A program made the translations under genes and the position numbers. 64,000 bases of DNA from positions 128,001 to 192,000 of the IMG/VR virus record IMGVR_UViG_3300011559_000001. One strand, given 5' to 3'. The first letter of the stretch is position 1. Each line of letters starts with the position of its first letter. Shown here piece by piece: positions 37,687-48,600 of this stretch. This stretch comes from a virus (Duplodnaviria; Caudoviricetes). The notes below the pieces were generated by a model, which was not told the origin of the DNA, did no database searches, and saw only the letters and a list, made by a program, of their open reading frames with translations.

Positions 37687-37778
37687 TGTGAGGGCGTCAA
37701 CGCTCCACCTCCCACCTCCTTTCTAGGCGACCCTGAGCGCCAGATCCAACTGGCGCTTACCCGCCAAAGTGAACCACC

Positions 37779-38411
37779 ATGTCCACCATCTTACCACTCC
37801 CCTCCGATGCACGACCCAAGCCGGAGAACGACGGCGTTGATCACATCAACGTCTGCTCCCACGGCAAGACGCCGTTGGGGCAGTTGGCAACGAACTTCGC
37901 TCACGTCCCGTTCCGACATCCAGTCCACGGCTTCTTCGCTTCTATGGAAGCCTACTGGTACTGGGTTAAAACCGGCATGAAGCACGAAACGCTGCGTCGC
38001 CTGTATGGCGCCACGGCGAAGACGGCCGGTATCCAGTTCCCCATCGTGATGATGCCGCAAGAAGAGTTCGTCAACCTGATGTGCGATGGCCTGCGCTGCA
38101 AGGTGATGCAAAACGCCAAGCTGCTCAAAGCCTTGAAGGATTCCACGCTGCCGTTGCGGCACTACTTCGTTCTGAACACCGGTGGGAACACCGTGGTCAA
38201 CGAACCCAACCGCAACAAGTGGCTGTGGCGTTGTCTGGAAGAGATCCGCACGTTGCTGCAAGAGGACATGCAGATCAAGCTCAACGACGGCACGGTACTG
38301 TTCACCGACCTGATCAAGGAAGTACCGGAGAACCCGGTACCGGAGGACATGCAGCGTTATATCCCTCGCCAGTTGGAAGACGAGGACGTCACGCGCGAGC
38401 GCGAAGACTGA
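37779..38411 (+). CDS. NADAR superfamily protein (T4 gp30.3-like)
   Basis: L.NFA..PF…F.S.EAY…K…L.G..AK.AG…K..QN..L..AL..S…L.H pattern. Confidence 0.7.
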   Translation: MSTILPLPSDARPKPENDGVDHINVCSHGKTPLGQLATNFAHVPFRHPVHGFFASMEAYWYWVKTGMKHETLRRLYGATAKTAGIQFPIVMMPQEEFVNLMCDGLRCKVMQNAKLLKALKDSTLPLRHYFVLNTGGNTVVNEPNRNKWLWRCLEEIRTLLQEDMQIKLNDGTVLFTDLIKEVPENPVPEDMQRYIPRQLEDEDVTRERED

Positions 38412-38416
38412 CCTGA

Positions 38417-38461
38417 GACCCCCTGCCCAAACGGGCAGGGGGCTTATGCCGTTTCTTTTTT
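38417..38461 (+). terminator. Hairpin-TTATGC element followed by a T-rich tract
   Basis: CCCCCTGCCC-AAAC-GGGCAGGGGG-CTTATGCC-GTTTCTTTTT. Confidence 0.78.
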
Positions 38462-38504
38462 GTCTCTTCAGCCTAGCGCAAAGGTATGATGACTCTTAAG
38501 GTAG

Positions 38505-40082
38505 ATGTCCATGAGCAATAATCCCAATTACGTACCGATGACCGCGGCCAATGCCCCGAAGATCAACGTCGGTAATTCGCCGGGCGGCGGCTACAAAACC
38601 GAAAGTCTCCTGACCAACATCGTCAAGACCCAAGCCTCTAAGCTGGCAAAGGACCAAGCCACTAAGTTCATCAGTAAGAAGGCTAGCTCCTTGGTCAACG
38701 ACAAGTTGGGCAAGGTGGGTCTTGGGGGTGGACTGGGCAGTAGTGCATTGAACAAAGCAACCGAAAGTGCGCGCTCGGCTTCGGAAAAGCTCAGTGGTGT
38801 ACTGGGTGGTAAGCTCTCCTCCACCTTGGGGGCGGGACTGAGCAGCAAGTTGGGCGGCATCGCCGGAGGGGTGGCCAGTGGTCTGGTCAACAAGGGCGTG
38901 TCGGCACTGCAGGATGCGGGCACTAAGAAGCTCAACAACCTCGTCACGGGCGCCCAAAGCAAGCTCAGTAGTCTGGCCTCAGATAAGCTCGGGTCCGCCT
39001 TGGGCAGTGCCCTGGGCGGTCGTGCGAACGATCTGCTCAGTTCGGCCTTGTCCGGTCTCTCTGACAATGGTGTCAAGAATCTGGCCAGCGCCAAGATCGC
39101 CCAAGGTTTCCTCACCAACGGTCCCAAGGCTGAGACCCTGACTGAAGACGTCTATGGTGTCAGCGACAACAACGTCCTGAACGGTCTGGGTGAAAAGGTC
39201 AGTGGGTTTGCCAAGGATGCCTTCAATGACATCCGTAAGGCTCCGGGTCTGGTGACGGACCTGACCAAGATGGTGATGTCCGGCGGTAAGGACTGGAGCG
39301 TGCTCAAGGACGGCCTGGCTGACCGTGTAGTGAGCTCGCTCGGTGGTGCACGTGGGTTGGTCAGTAACTTGGGCTCGACCTTCAAGAACAGCCTTACCGG
39401 CGGTCTGGGACTGCCCGATGACATCTACGATGCCGTCGTGGTGACCATTGGCGATAAGACCTCCACCTTCCATGGTGAAGTCACTGGTGCCCGTCAGGTG
39501 TTCTCGCTGATCAACCAAGTCACCAAGTCCAGTCAGCTCTCTGGCTTCTTTGACGTGGGTAGTGAATCGGCGTTGATGTCCAGTGTGATGTCTGAAGCCA
39601 TTGCACTGGGCGTGCCCGATGCCATCGAAGTACTGGTGGAAAACGCCAAGGACGATCAGATCGCTTACAACGCCCTGTATGCCAACATGCGGGTAGCGGT
39701 GGAGAACTCGGATCTGGATACGGTCTTGCTGATGATCGACAAGGTCGGCATCAACACCTTCCGTGCGCAGGTGCCCGATGCAGCCAGTATCTTGCTGTCC
39801 AATTACCAGTTGCCGCGTGACACCACCAGTGACGACTACGATGCAGAACTGCTTGCTTTGCAGGCCGTGCTGTTGAAGTTGGACAGTAACTGGAATCAGG
39901 TGCAGCGCAATGGCGAATGGATCCAGGACCTCACTCCGTATGCGGCCATCAGCGATGATGCGCGTACGCTGCTGATGCGCGATGACAACTTCATGGTGGC
40001 TAGCCTGATCTCCTCGCAGTTCCAGCAGCCGACCAACCTGATCGATGATCTGAAGAAGATGTACCCCCTGGCGCCGCTTTAA
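38505..40082 (+). CDS. Virion structural protein with Gly/Ser/Lys/Leu low-complexity N-terminus
   Basis: TATG just upstream; position next to the tail genes. Confidence 0.65.
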   Translation: MSMSNNPNYVPMTAANAPKINVGNSPGGGYKTESLLTNIVKTQASKLAKDQATKFISKKASSLVNDKLGKVGLGGGLGSSALNKATESARSASEKLSGVLGGKLSSTLGAGLSSKLGGIAGGVASGLVNKGVSALQDAGTKKLNNLVTGAQSKLSSLASDKLGSALGSALGGRANDLLSSALSGLSDNGVKNLASAKIAQGFLTNGPKAETLTEDVYGVSDNNVLNGLGEKVSGFAKDAFNDIRKAPGLVTDLTKMVMSGGKDWSVLKDGLADRVVSSLGGARGLVSNLGSTFKNSLTGGLGLPDDIYDAVVVTIGDKTSTFHGEVTGARQVFSLINQVTKSSQLSGFFDVGSESALMSSVMSEAIALGVPDAIEVLVENAKDDQIAYNALYANMRVAVENSDLDTVLLMIDKVGINTFRAQVPDAASILLSNYQLPRDTTSDDYDAELLALQAVLLKLDSNWNQVQRNGEWIQDLTPYAAISDDARTLLMRDDNFMVASLISSQFQQPTNLIDDLKKMYPLAPL

Positions 40083-40121
40083 CGGCATAATAAGCCCCCG
40101 CCCGTTTGGGCGGGGGCTTAT
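40083..40121. terminator. Bidirectional hairpin element, reverse copy of the AAAC-loop core
   Basis: CGGCATAATAAGCCCCCGCCC-GTTT-GGGCGGGGGCTTATA. Confidence 0.8.
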
Positions 40122-40238
40122 AGTGGTTGTGTCGGTAGTCGTGTCCCTGTATTGGACCTTTCCCGGACCCGACGGGTCTTAGGCTTGGTGCTAGAGCGGG
40201 ACACTTCTCCTACAAGATACAGCACTCGTACGTAAAAA

Positions 40239-42554
40239 TTAATCCGTACGATCGGTTTCGGCGGAGAACACGTTGATGATTCGACCGGGCAACGTCTGCC
40301 CTGCCCACATCGACGCACGCGCCGGGGACTTCCAGCTGGTCCAGTTTTGCATCTGACGATAGCGGGCCAGACGCCAGCGCCGGTTGGCGTAGGTCATGTC
40401 CTGCCAGCTCAAACCACCCAGCACAGCCAGATAGTCGGTGAAGCTGTTATCGTCATCGTAGGTGCCCTTCTGGAAATACGAGGCCCACTCCTGTCCAGTC
40501 TGTCCGTTACCGGCCAGCGAACCCAGTGCGTCACCGGTGGCCTGCATGGCCATATCGGTCAGACCGAAGTTCGAGTGGATCGGCAGGTGCATGATCGAGG
40601 ACAGGTCAGTGATCGTGAAGGTCACATCGATGCCCAGCGCATCACCGTCTTGCGTCCAGCCCAGGTTACCCACACCACGGGAGACCGACATCTCGGTGAT
40701 CATGCCCAAGCGAATGGCATGACGACCGCGACAGTACGCCTCACAGATGAACGGTGAGGTGTAGGAGCGCTTACCGGTGGACAGCGGCAGCGCCGCAGCC
40801 AGCAGCATCGACAGCGGGATGTACAGGTTCATCAGACGCGACATGCGCGTACCGTAGGGGCTACGCAGTTTGATCGTGTACTGAGCGGTGGGCAGGTTAG
40901 CCGTGGAGTTGGACCACGTCTTGGGGATGTCCACAAACGCGTTACCGGCCAGCGCCAGCAGGCCCGACATCTGGAAGCCTTCCAGGGTACCGGAGACGAA
41001 CTGATTGACCGCCGACATCACCTGATCCACACCGGGGATACCCAACTTACCGTTGGCCCAGTCAAAGCGAGCCGACTTGGCACTGGAGGAGGTGGAGTTG
41101 AACTTCTGTGCGATCTGGGACTCTTCCACCGAGGAAGAGAACGACTCTTGGGTCGAACCGGTGTAGGAGGTACGGAAGGTGACGTACTGCGCACCGTCGC
41201 GACGCTCGGCTTCAAACATCGACTTGAAGCTACCCAGCCAGCTCTGGTCGGCACCGGCTTCCTTACCCGAGCCCATGTTGTACCACGGACGGCCACCGTT
41301 TTCATCCACCGATTCCACTTCGGCGTTCATGTTCGGCGGGGGCTCGCCACTGGCCGACTGAGTCGGTGCTGGGGCAGGAGCCGGCGCATCAGCGCTGGCA
41401 CCACCACCTTCCAGATCGGCCGTTGCAGTGGCTGCTGCCGTACCGTCCAGCTTGATGTAGTTCTTGGCAGCACCATCGGAGGTATTGCGATCGGAGGACA
41501 TGTAGTCCTCGCGATACTTGTCGATGCCGTAGGACTCAACCTTCTTCAGACCGCCCTGCTTGAAGGCCCAGTCCGACAGTTCATTGATTGCGCCCTTGTT
41601 CCATTCACCCTTGATCTCGTTGACTGCGTTGAACAGCTGGGACGCATCGTTGAGAGTTTCCAGCTTGTTCTGCAGTTCGGTGTTGAAGACGTTGGCGATA
41701 CGCTGCGCACGGTTGGCAATGGCGAACACGTCCAGACCGGCCGGCTTGTCACCAGAGCTCAGGAAGATGTCGGGCAGCACCTTCTGATACTCGGTCAGCA
41801 TTTCCGCTTGGTTGCCGATATGGTTGGCGTCCAAGCCCATGACCTTGGTCTGTGCTTCGGTCAGGGCCATCGGGATCACACCGAGGTTGACCGCAATACC
41901 GTTGGCGATCGTGTTGACCGCTTGCCAGTACGGGTACATCGTCGGCTTCAGGTAGTAGTACTTGGAGGCAGGCCATGCACCGAGGTACTTGATGATCTGT
42001 CCACCCAAGATGATCGGCTGCAGTGGCAATGCCAGCAAGAAGCCGAAGGCCTTACCGGCGGTGGCAAAGACCGAAGAGATTCGACCGGTACGCGACACCA
42101 GCGCGGCATCGGTACTGTAGAAATTGCTGAAGAACTGAATCAGCGAGTTGTACTCCGGCACACCAAAACGCATCACAACGTCTTGGCCCCAGTCATCGAT
42201 GGCTTCGCTGTAGTAGCGACCCATACCCGCACTGGGAGTGGTGTACTTGGAGTTGGGATTGTCACCGTCAGTCATGAACCGGCCAGTGGACATCATCCAG
42301 CGAATACCACCGCGAGTCGTGGACCCGTTGGTAGCACCGCGCGAATACGGTTCACTACCACCGACACGAATGTCAGCGTAGCGAGTGAATTGAGGCGGGG
42401 CGTTGATGGAGAAGTTACCGCCCAACGTGGTGTCGGTGAACTTGTATGCCGCCGACGTGAGGACGCGGCGACGCTGATCAACTTGGTCCAGTGCCGACTC
42501 CGGCAAAAGAAACGATTGCTGGACCCAGACCTTGTCCTTGATACGAAACGTCAT
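40239..42554 (-). CDS. Tail/baseplate structural protein (phiKZ gp182-like)
   Basis: KFTDTTLGGN..IN.PPQFTRYAD, GMGRYYSEAIDD, SYTSPF…RG.GNLGW motifs; follows the tail lysin gene. Confidence 0.8.
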   Translation of the reverse strand: MTFRIKDKVWVQQSFLLPESALDQVDQRRRVLTSAAYKFTDTTLGGNFSINAPPQFTRYADIRVGGSEPYSRGATNGSTTRGGIRWMMSTGRFMTDGDNPNSKYTTPSAGMGRYYSEAIDDWGQDVVMRFGVPEYNSLIQFFSNFYSTDAALVSRTGRISSVFATAGKAFGFLLALPLQPIILGGQIIKYLGAWPASKYYYLKPTMYPYWQAVNTIANGIAVNLGVIPMALTEAQTKVMGLDANHIGNQAEMLTEYQKVLPDIFLSSGDKPAGLDVFAIANRAQRIANVFNTELQNKLETLNDASQLFNAVNEIKGEWNKGAINELSDWAFKQGGLKKVESYGIDKYREDYMSSDRNTSDGAAKNYIKLDGTAAATATADLEGGGASADAPAPAPAPTQSASGEPPPNMNAEVESVDENGGRPWYNMGSGKEAGADQSWLGSFKSMFEAERRDGAQYVTFRTSYTGSTQESFSSSVEESQIAQKFNSTSSSAKSARFDWANGKLGIPGVDQVMSAVNQFVSGTLEGFQMSGLLALAGNAFVDIPKTWSNSTANLPTAQYTIKLRSPYGTRMSRLMNLYIPLSMLLAAALPLSTGKRSYTSPFICEAYCRGRHAIRLGMITEMSVSRGVGNLGWTQDGDALGIDVTFTITDLSSIMHLPIHSNFGLTDMAMQATGDALGSLAGNGQTGQEWASYFQKGTYDDDNSFTDYLAVLGGLSWQDMTYANRRWRLARYRQMQNWTSWKSPARASMWAGQTLPGRIINVFSAETDRTD

Positions 42555-42621
42555 GCGAATGCCTCGTGGTTATTGAAAGCCCCGGGGAGGAAACCCTCCC
42601 CGGTTCTCGTTTTCAACTACT

Positions 42622-45600
42622 TCAACCGCCTTGGTTGAAGCGCATGCTTACCGGCAGCGGCTTGCGTTGATTCTCCACCGGGCGATCCCGACGCGGAGTC
42701 ACCGCCTTGGCCGGTTCGGCCGCCGGCGCTACCTGCTCTTCAGCCTTACCGGTGGTTCCGCCGCGCTGAAGGATCTGGCGCAGCATCGACACGGTGTCAG
42801 CGGTGTTTTGCTGGATGCCCTGTTGGACTTCCAGCGACTTCTGGAGGATCTGACCCACTGCGTTCATCTGGGCCTGGTCGGTAGCAGCCAGTCGCTGGGA
42901 CTGGGCTTCGGCCTGACGCTGCTGCTGAGCCAATGCCTGACGCTGCTTCTCAGCAGCGGCCTGACGACTGGCCTCATCACGTGCAGCTGCCGCGGCAGCG
43001 GCATCCAGAGTGGAGGTCGTGTTGATGTCCGGTGTCGCCGCAGCCGTAGTCGGTGCAGCAGCCACAGCCGAAGCACCGCCAGCTGCCGCGGCAGCGTAAC
43101 CGCCACCGGAGGACAACGAGTTGGTACCGGTGCTTCCCGCAGACACTGCCGGCGCGCTGCCCACGGCGGGCATCTTACCAGCCGCATCCGCACCACCCAC
43201 ACCACCGGTAGGACCGCTGGCCGTGGTGGTCGTGTTGACCGGCTTGTTGGCCGTACTGTCAACACTGGAGGTCACACCTGCAAACGCGTTGGTCGCAGTA
43301 GCAGCCGGCGCAGTGGGAGTACCACCTTGCTGACGACCACCGTACACAGCCTGGGCCTTGTTGACCTTCTGCTGCATCAACTGATAGACACCACCGACGG
43401 TCTTGGGGCTGGACAAGTTCGGAACGTTCTTGTTGCCCTGCTTCATCATGTCGTAGAAGATCCACTTGTTGGCCGCAGCTTCCTTGGGGAAGGTTGCCGG
43501 GGCATTCAAGTTGGGATCCTTAGACAGGAAGTTAGCTGCACCGCCTGCGCCCATGAAGTGGGCCATGTACATGTCCGTCTCATTGACGCCACGACCGATG
43601 CGACCCTTCAGGATATTGAAGTTGTCCTTCAGGAACATCGCACCCATCAACGCATTGGCCTTCGGATCAAACGGGCTAGCCGTCGGATTGATGCCGTAGG
43701 TCGAGCCGTACTTCTTCAGCATGCCATTCCAGGTACCGCGAATGAACTGGAACAGACCCGAGGCCGAAGAGGTCGGAGCTTTCGCACCGGGGTTGAACGT
43801 GGACTCGATCGAGCAGATGGCGTAGAGCATGTTCGGATCCACACCAGTCATCTTGGCCACAGCGTCGAACAGCGGCTTCAGTACTGCAAAGCGCTGGCCG
43901 GGCTTCATGGCCGCAATTTCTTCGTTGGACGGAACATTGGGCAAGGAGTTGATGTCACCACCGGTACCCTTACCCGGATGGGACAGTCCCGGACCAAAGC
44001 CCAGTGCGCCCATCGCTGCTTGTCCAGGCAGCATCGCTGCCCGACCCACCGTACTCAATGCGCCACTGACGTCACCGTTGGTGGCCTGGCCCCACGCGTC
44101 CTTGGCCATGTTCAGGCCACGAGTTGCGGTGTCATTGATCGTGTCAACCGTGCGACCCAACCAGTTACGATCATTCTTCGATCCCAGCATCCAATCAGAG
44201 GCTGCCGAGAAGTTGCTCTTCATGGTGTCCATCATGGCACCGAGCATACCGCGGTTTTCCTTGACCGCCGAATCCTGACCGGGCAGCTTCTCTTCTGCCA
44301 TGGCCTTTCCTTCTGCCTGCTTACGCAGGACCAGCATCGATCCGGAGATCGCATTGGAATCGCTGGTGAGCTTTTCGTTGTCGCTCCACGGGGAGAAGGT
44401 CCACGACCAGATCGAACGTTCATCCGGACCCTTGGCGTTGAGCATCTTCTGCGCAACGGTCAACATCTGATCCGGCTTGAGCAGCTTCTCCGGCGCTTCC
44501 GGATCGGCGTTAGGCGACTGATCCTTGACGGCTTGCATGTAGGCCAACGCGACCGGCTTGAAGCGGTTGCCAAACCAGCCACACCAGCGAATGCGATCCT
44601 TCGGACTGTTGGGCGTCAACCCGAACAGACCGGCCGCGGCCATGTACACCTGTTCGGCATCCATGGGGAAATGCGCACGACCGCTACTGGACATCGACAC
44701 CTTACGGAAGATGAGGTTTTCCAGTGCTTGCATCGCACGCACCCGATCGGTGTCCAGATTGGTCAGACCGTAGGCGCGGTAACGCATGGCTTGCAGAGCC
44801 GAGATCTTACCTAGGCGAGCCGTGGGCGTACTCAGGAAGTGATCGATACCTTCGGTGTTCTTGATCGAACCCTTGGTCTCCAGCATGTTCATGCCCGAGC
44901 TGGCCTCAGTGGTGGCGGCCGTCAACTTGGCCCCTTCCTTCTTGGCTTCGCTCTCATCCATCTTGTTCTGCACGTAGTTCATCAGCAATCCACCGCCGGG
45001 AACCAGCACAGCACTCAGACCCATGGCACGCTTCTTCCACTTATCAAGCGACTTCTGACCTTCCGACTTCCCAGCTTCCTTCATGGCCAGGTTATAGGCG
45101 TCTTCGATGTCGCCGACGTTGGTGACCGCAGGCTTACCGTCAAACGGACCCGCAGTGATTGCGTACAGGTTACGGGAGATGGTCCACGCCTTGTTGAGCA
45201 GCTTGGTCAGCGGCTCACCGCTGAGCTTCTCATCGGCATCGAGCAGGGCCATCTTCGGATCGATCTCACGCAGGGACTTGACCCACATCAGGAAGATCGG
45301 CTTGAAGCGCTGGTTGTACCAGATGTTGAACGCGGCACGTTCTTGGTTCTTGTTGCTGAACCAACCGTCCTCCATGTCCATCACCTTGTACACGTCTTCC
45401 ATCGCAATGTCCTTGCCGCCCGAGCTGGACTTGGAGACAATCTCCAAACCACCGCCGCGCTCACCGATGTGATCGAGCAGCAACTCTTCGAGCTTGAAGA
45501 CCATCTTGTTGTTACCTGCATCGCCCGGCTCAACACCGTACTGCAGATAACGGAAGCGACGCACCGGAGTGAGCGAACCGTACTTGAACTGCTTGTAGCC

Positions 45601-48600
45601 GTAGTAGATTGCCACACCAGCCGCGGCCACAGCCGCCGCACCGATGGCAATGGGGATCCAGATCGGAGCACCTACCACGGCAGCAGCCGTACCGGCCGTA
45701 CCGGCAGCGACAGTACCCGCCGTAGCAGCAGCACCTGCGCCAGCGGCCGCCGTACCGGCAGCCGCAGCGGTGCCCGCTGCGGCAGTGCCCGCGGCTGCCG
45801 CGGTGCCTGCGGCCGCCGTACCTGCGGCTGCGGTGCCGGCCGCGGCAGTACCCGCCGCTGCAGTGCCTGCGCCGGCCGCGGTTGCACCACCACTGAACAG
45901 ACTACCCAGCCACGGCAAGCCTCGGGCCAGCTGTGCGTACATAGCCACATCCGATGCGGTGTTGGCCACATCACCCACACCACCAATGACCTTACCGGTG
46001 GTGCTGTCTTCGTCTACACCCATGGCATCGGTTGCAGCACTCACACCGCCAGAGATCAGCATGCTGGCCAGCAGGGCCTTGGGATTCATCAACCCCTTGG
46101 CGCCACGCTTGAGCATACCCGGCTTCTTACCACGGGCAGCGCGTTGACGACGCAGCTTAGCAGCTTGGCGATTACGGGCGCGACCGCCCTTGGTCCCCTT
46201 ACCGCGCTTGGCCTTTTCAGCAGCCTTCTTTTTCTTGGCTGCTTCATCGTCCTTACCGCCATCACCACCAGCGATGATCGTGGTGTCACCACCACCGCCG
46301 TCATCATCGTCATCGTCGTCCTCTTCGGAGTCGCCCCCGCCGAACAGACCCTTGGCCTTGTTCTTGAAGAACGACAGTAGGCCGCCGACGCCCCACTTCT
46401 TGTCCTTCTCGTCCTTTTCCTTCTCAGCCTTTTCGGCCTTAGCCTCTTCGGCATTGATTTCGTTCTGCTCCTGCCAGGAACCCTTACGGGCCTTCTTGCC
46501 GGGCAGACGCTCATCGAGCACCGAGAAGATCTTGGACAGCCATTCGACTTGCTTGGCCCCTTGCTTTTCAAAGGGGTTGAGCAATGCACCGAGGAACTTG
46601 AACGGAGCGCCGAGGACGCCACCACCAAAGCCCATCAGTCCACCGAACAGCTTCCCGTAGCCCTTCATAGCGCCGCCGAACAAAGCACCGGCACCCTTGA
46701 CCATCGAGATCGCCGCACCGCCCAGAGCGCCAATGGCGCGCATCAGCGGGGTCTTCAGGGCCATGCCCCAACGACCAACGATACCCGGTTCATGGATTTC
46801 GGTTTCGTACAGAACGGTCTTGTCGTCCTTGGACGCCTTGTCTTGTCCAGGCAACAGCTCCTTGATGTCACCGTAGATGTCTTCGTAGGTGGTGACCACC
46901 TTACCCGTCTTCTTGGCACCGGCATTGTAGTACCGGCCGGTCTTCATCTTGGAGGCCATCAGACGCGGGGAGGACTCGCCCTTGACGTAGACGTCCACTT
47001 GCTTGTTGGTGGCCCACTTGAACGTGGCACCGATGGCCTTGACGCCCAACGCAGCAGCCTTGAACGGCAGGGCCGCCAGATTACCATAGAAGCTCACCGT
47101 GGCGCCGGCCAACGTCTTGATCGACTTGGTGGCCAGACGCACCATCCCTGCCGGACCCTTGACGAAGATACCCTTGTCAAAGCCTTCCTGATCCAGAATG
47201 GTTTCACCGTTGGTGACATCCATCACCGGACCGGTGACATCACGCCAACGGGTGATCTTGCGCTTGGTGTTCAGGTCAACGAAGTGACCCATCTTGATGC
47301 GCTCGGCCGTCATGATCGGCTTGCGTTCGCCTTGGACGTAGATGTCCTTGATCTGGCGCACGGCATTACCCAGTCGGGACGTTACACCGCCTGCCACAGC
47401 ACCGGCGCCCTTGAAGACACCGCCCACTGCGCCAGCAGCGCCCTTGCCGACCATCTTGGTCCACCACATCGTGCCCTTACCGGCCAACTTTGCAGCGCCC
47501 CATGCACCCTTGATGCTACCCAGGGCAATGGAGTCCAAGAAGCCACGACGGAACCCACCGCCACCACCGCCGTCACCACCACCGCTGCCTTGGGCAGCGA
47601 TCAGCTCAGCGATGATCTTCAGCAGGTCCACCTGTTCACTGTTCAGGCGCACCAGTTCCGGGTTGTCACCCAGAGACCCTGCTTCACGCGGAGTGAAGGG
47701 GTTGTTGGCCGCTTGTTGGTTGGCCGTGGTCTTGGTGGTGTTCATCGCCGCAGCGGCCTGTTCGACCTGCGCCTCAGCGCGAGCCTTCAGTTCTTCAGCG
47801 TTGGTCTGCTGTTCCACCGTACGACCATTGACACGACCACCGGCAGTGTTGACGGCATTGGACACCCAGTCCTGAGCCCCTTGCACATGCGCACGCAGGT
47901 TGAAGGTGACCTTCTCGCCTTTGTTGTTGCGCAGGCCCTTGGCCAGCTTCTCAATACCGATGATGGCATTGGAGGCCATGTCACGGACCGGACCCTTGAT
48001 GTCTTCCCACTTACGGATGGGCAGACCGGAGACGGCGTCGCGATACGAACCGGCCAACAACTTGGCTTCGGTCAGCAGCGCTTCTTTACCACCTTCCTCA
48101 AACAGGTCCTTGGCCTTACCAAAGCGTCCCTTGACCTCACCTACGAACGCATTGCGCAGGCGCTCTTCCGGAGACATCTTCTTGGAACGGATGTCGTTGT
48201 AGTCAGCCTGTTCCACCATATCCAGAACCGCGCCCACATTCAGACGATCGTTACCGTCCTTATCACGGGTGAGCAAGTTCTGATCCATCAGCGCTTCACG
48301 TTGACCGATGGAACGGTAGACGCTGGAGGCGGTCACCGGTGCCTTAGCACCGAAGTTGATCTCGTGGTATTCTTTACTGCGATCACGCATCCACTCATTG
48401 CGACCAACCTTACCGTTACCCTTGCTGGTCTCCGACAGGATGGCCTGCAATTCCAGCTTGGCCTTGGCCGACAGTTCCGGTGTATCGCTGGCCGGAGAAG
48501 TTAGACGTTCCAAGTCAAACGGTTCGAGGTTCATCGAATCCAACAACACCTGACGGAACAGACCCTTGCGAGTCTCAGCACTGATGGGCCGATCGCCAAT

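Noticed and set aside
23536-40121. CRISPR array or MITE/REP family from the repeated palindromes
   Set aside because: Copies are single, dispersed at gene ends, vary in stem sequence, and lack spacers, target duplications or a transposase.
40118-40204. 28-aa basic peptide on the minus strand (GTG start)
   Set aside because: The AGGAG sits only 2 nt from the start, and nothing else supports translation.
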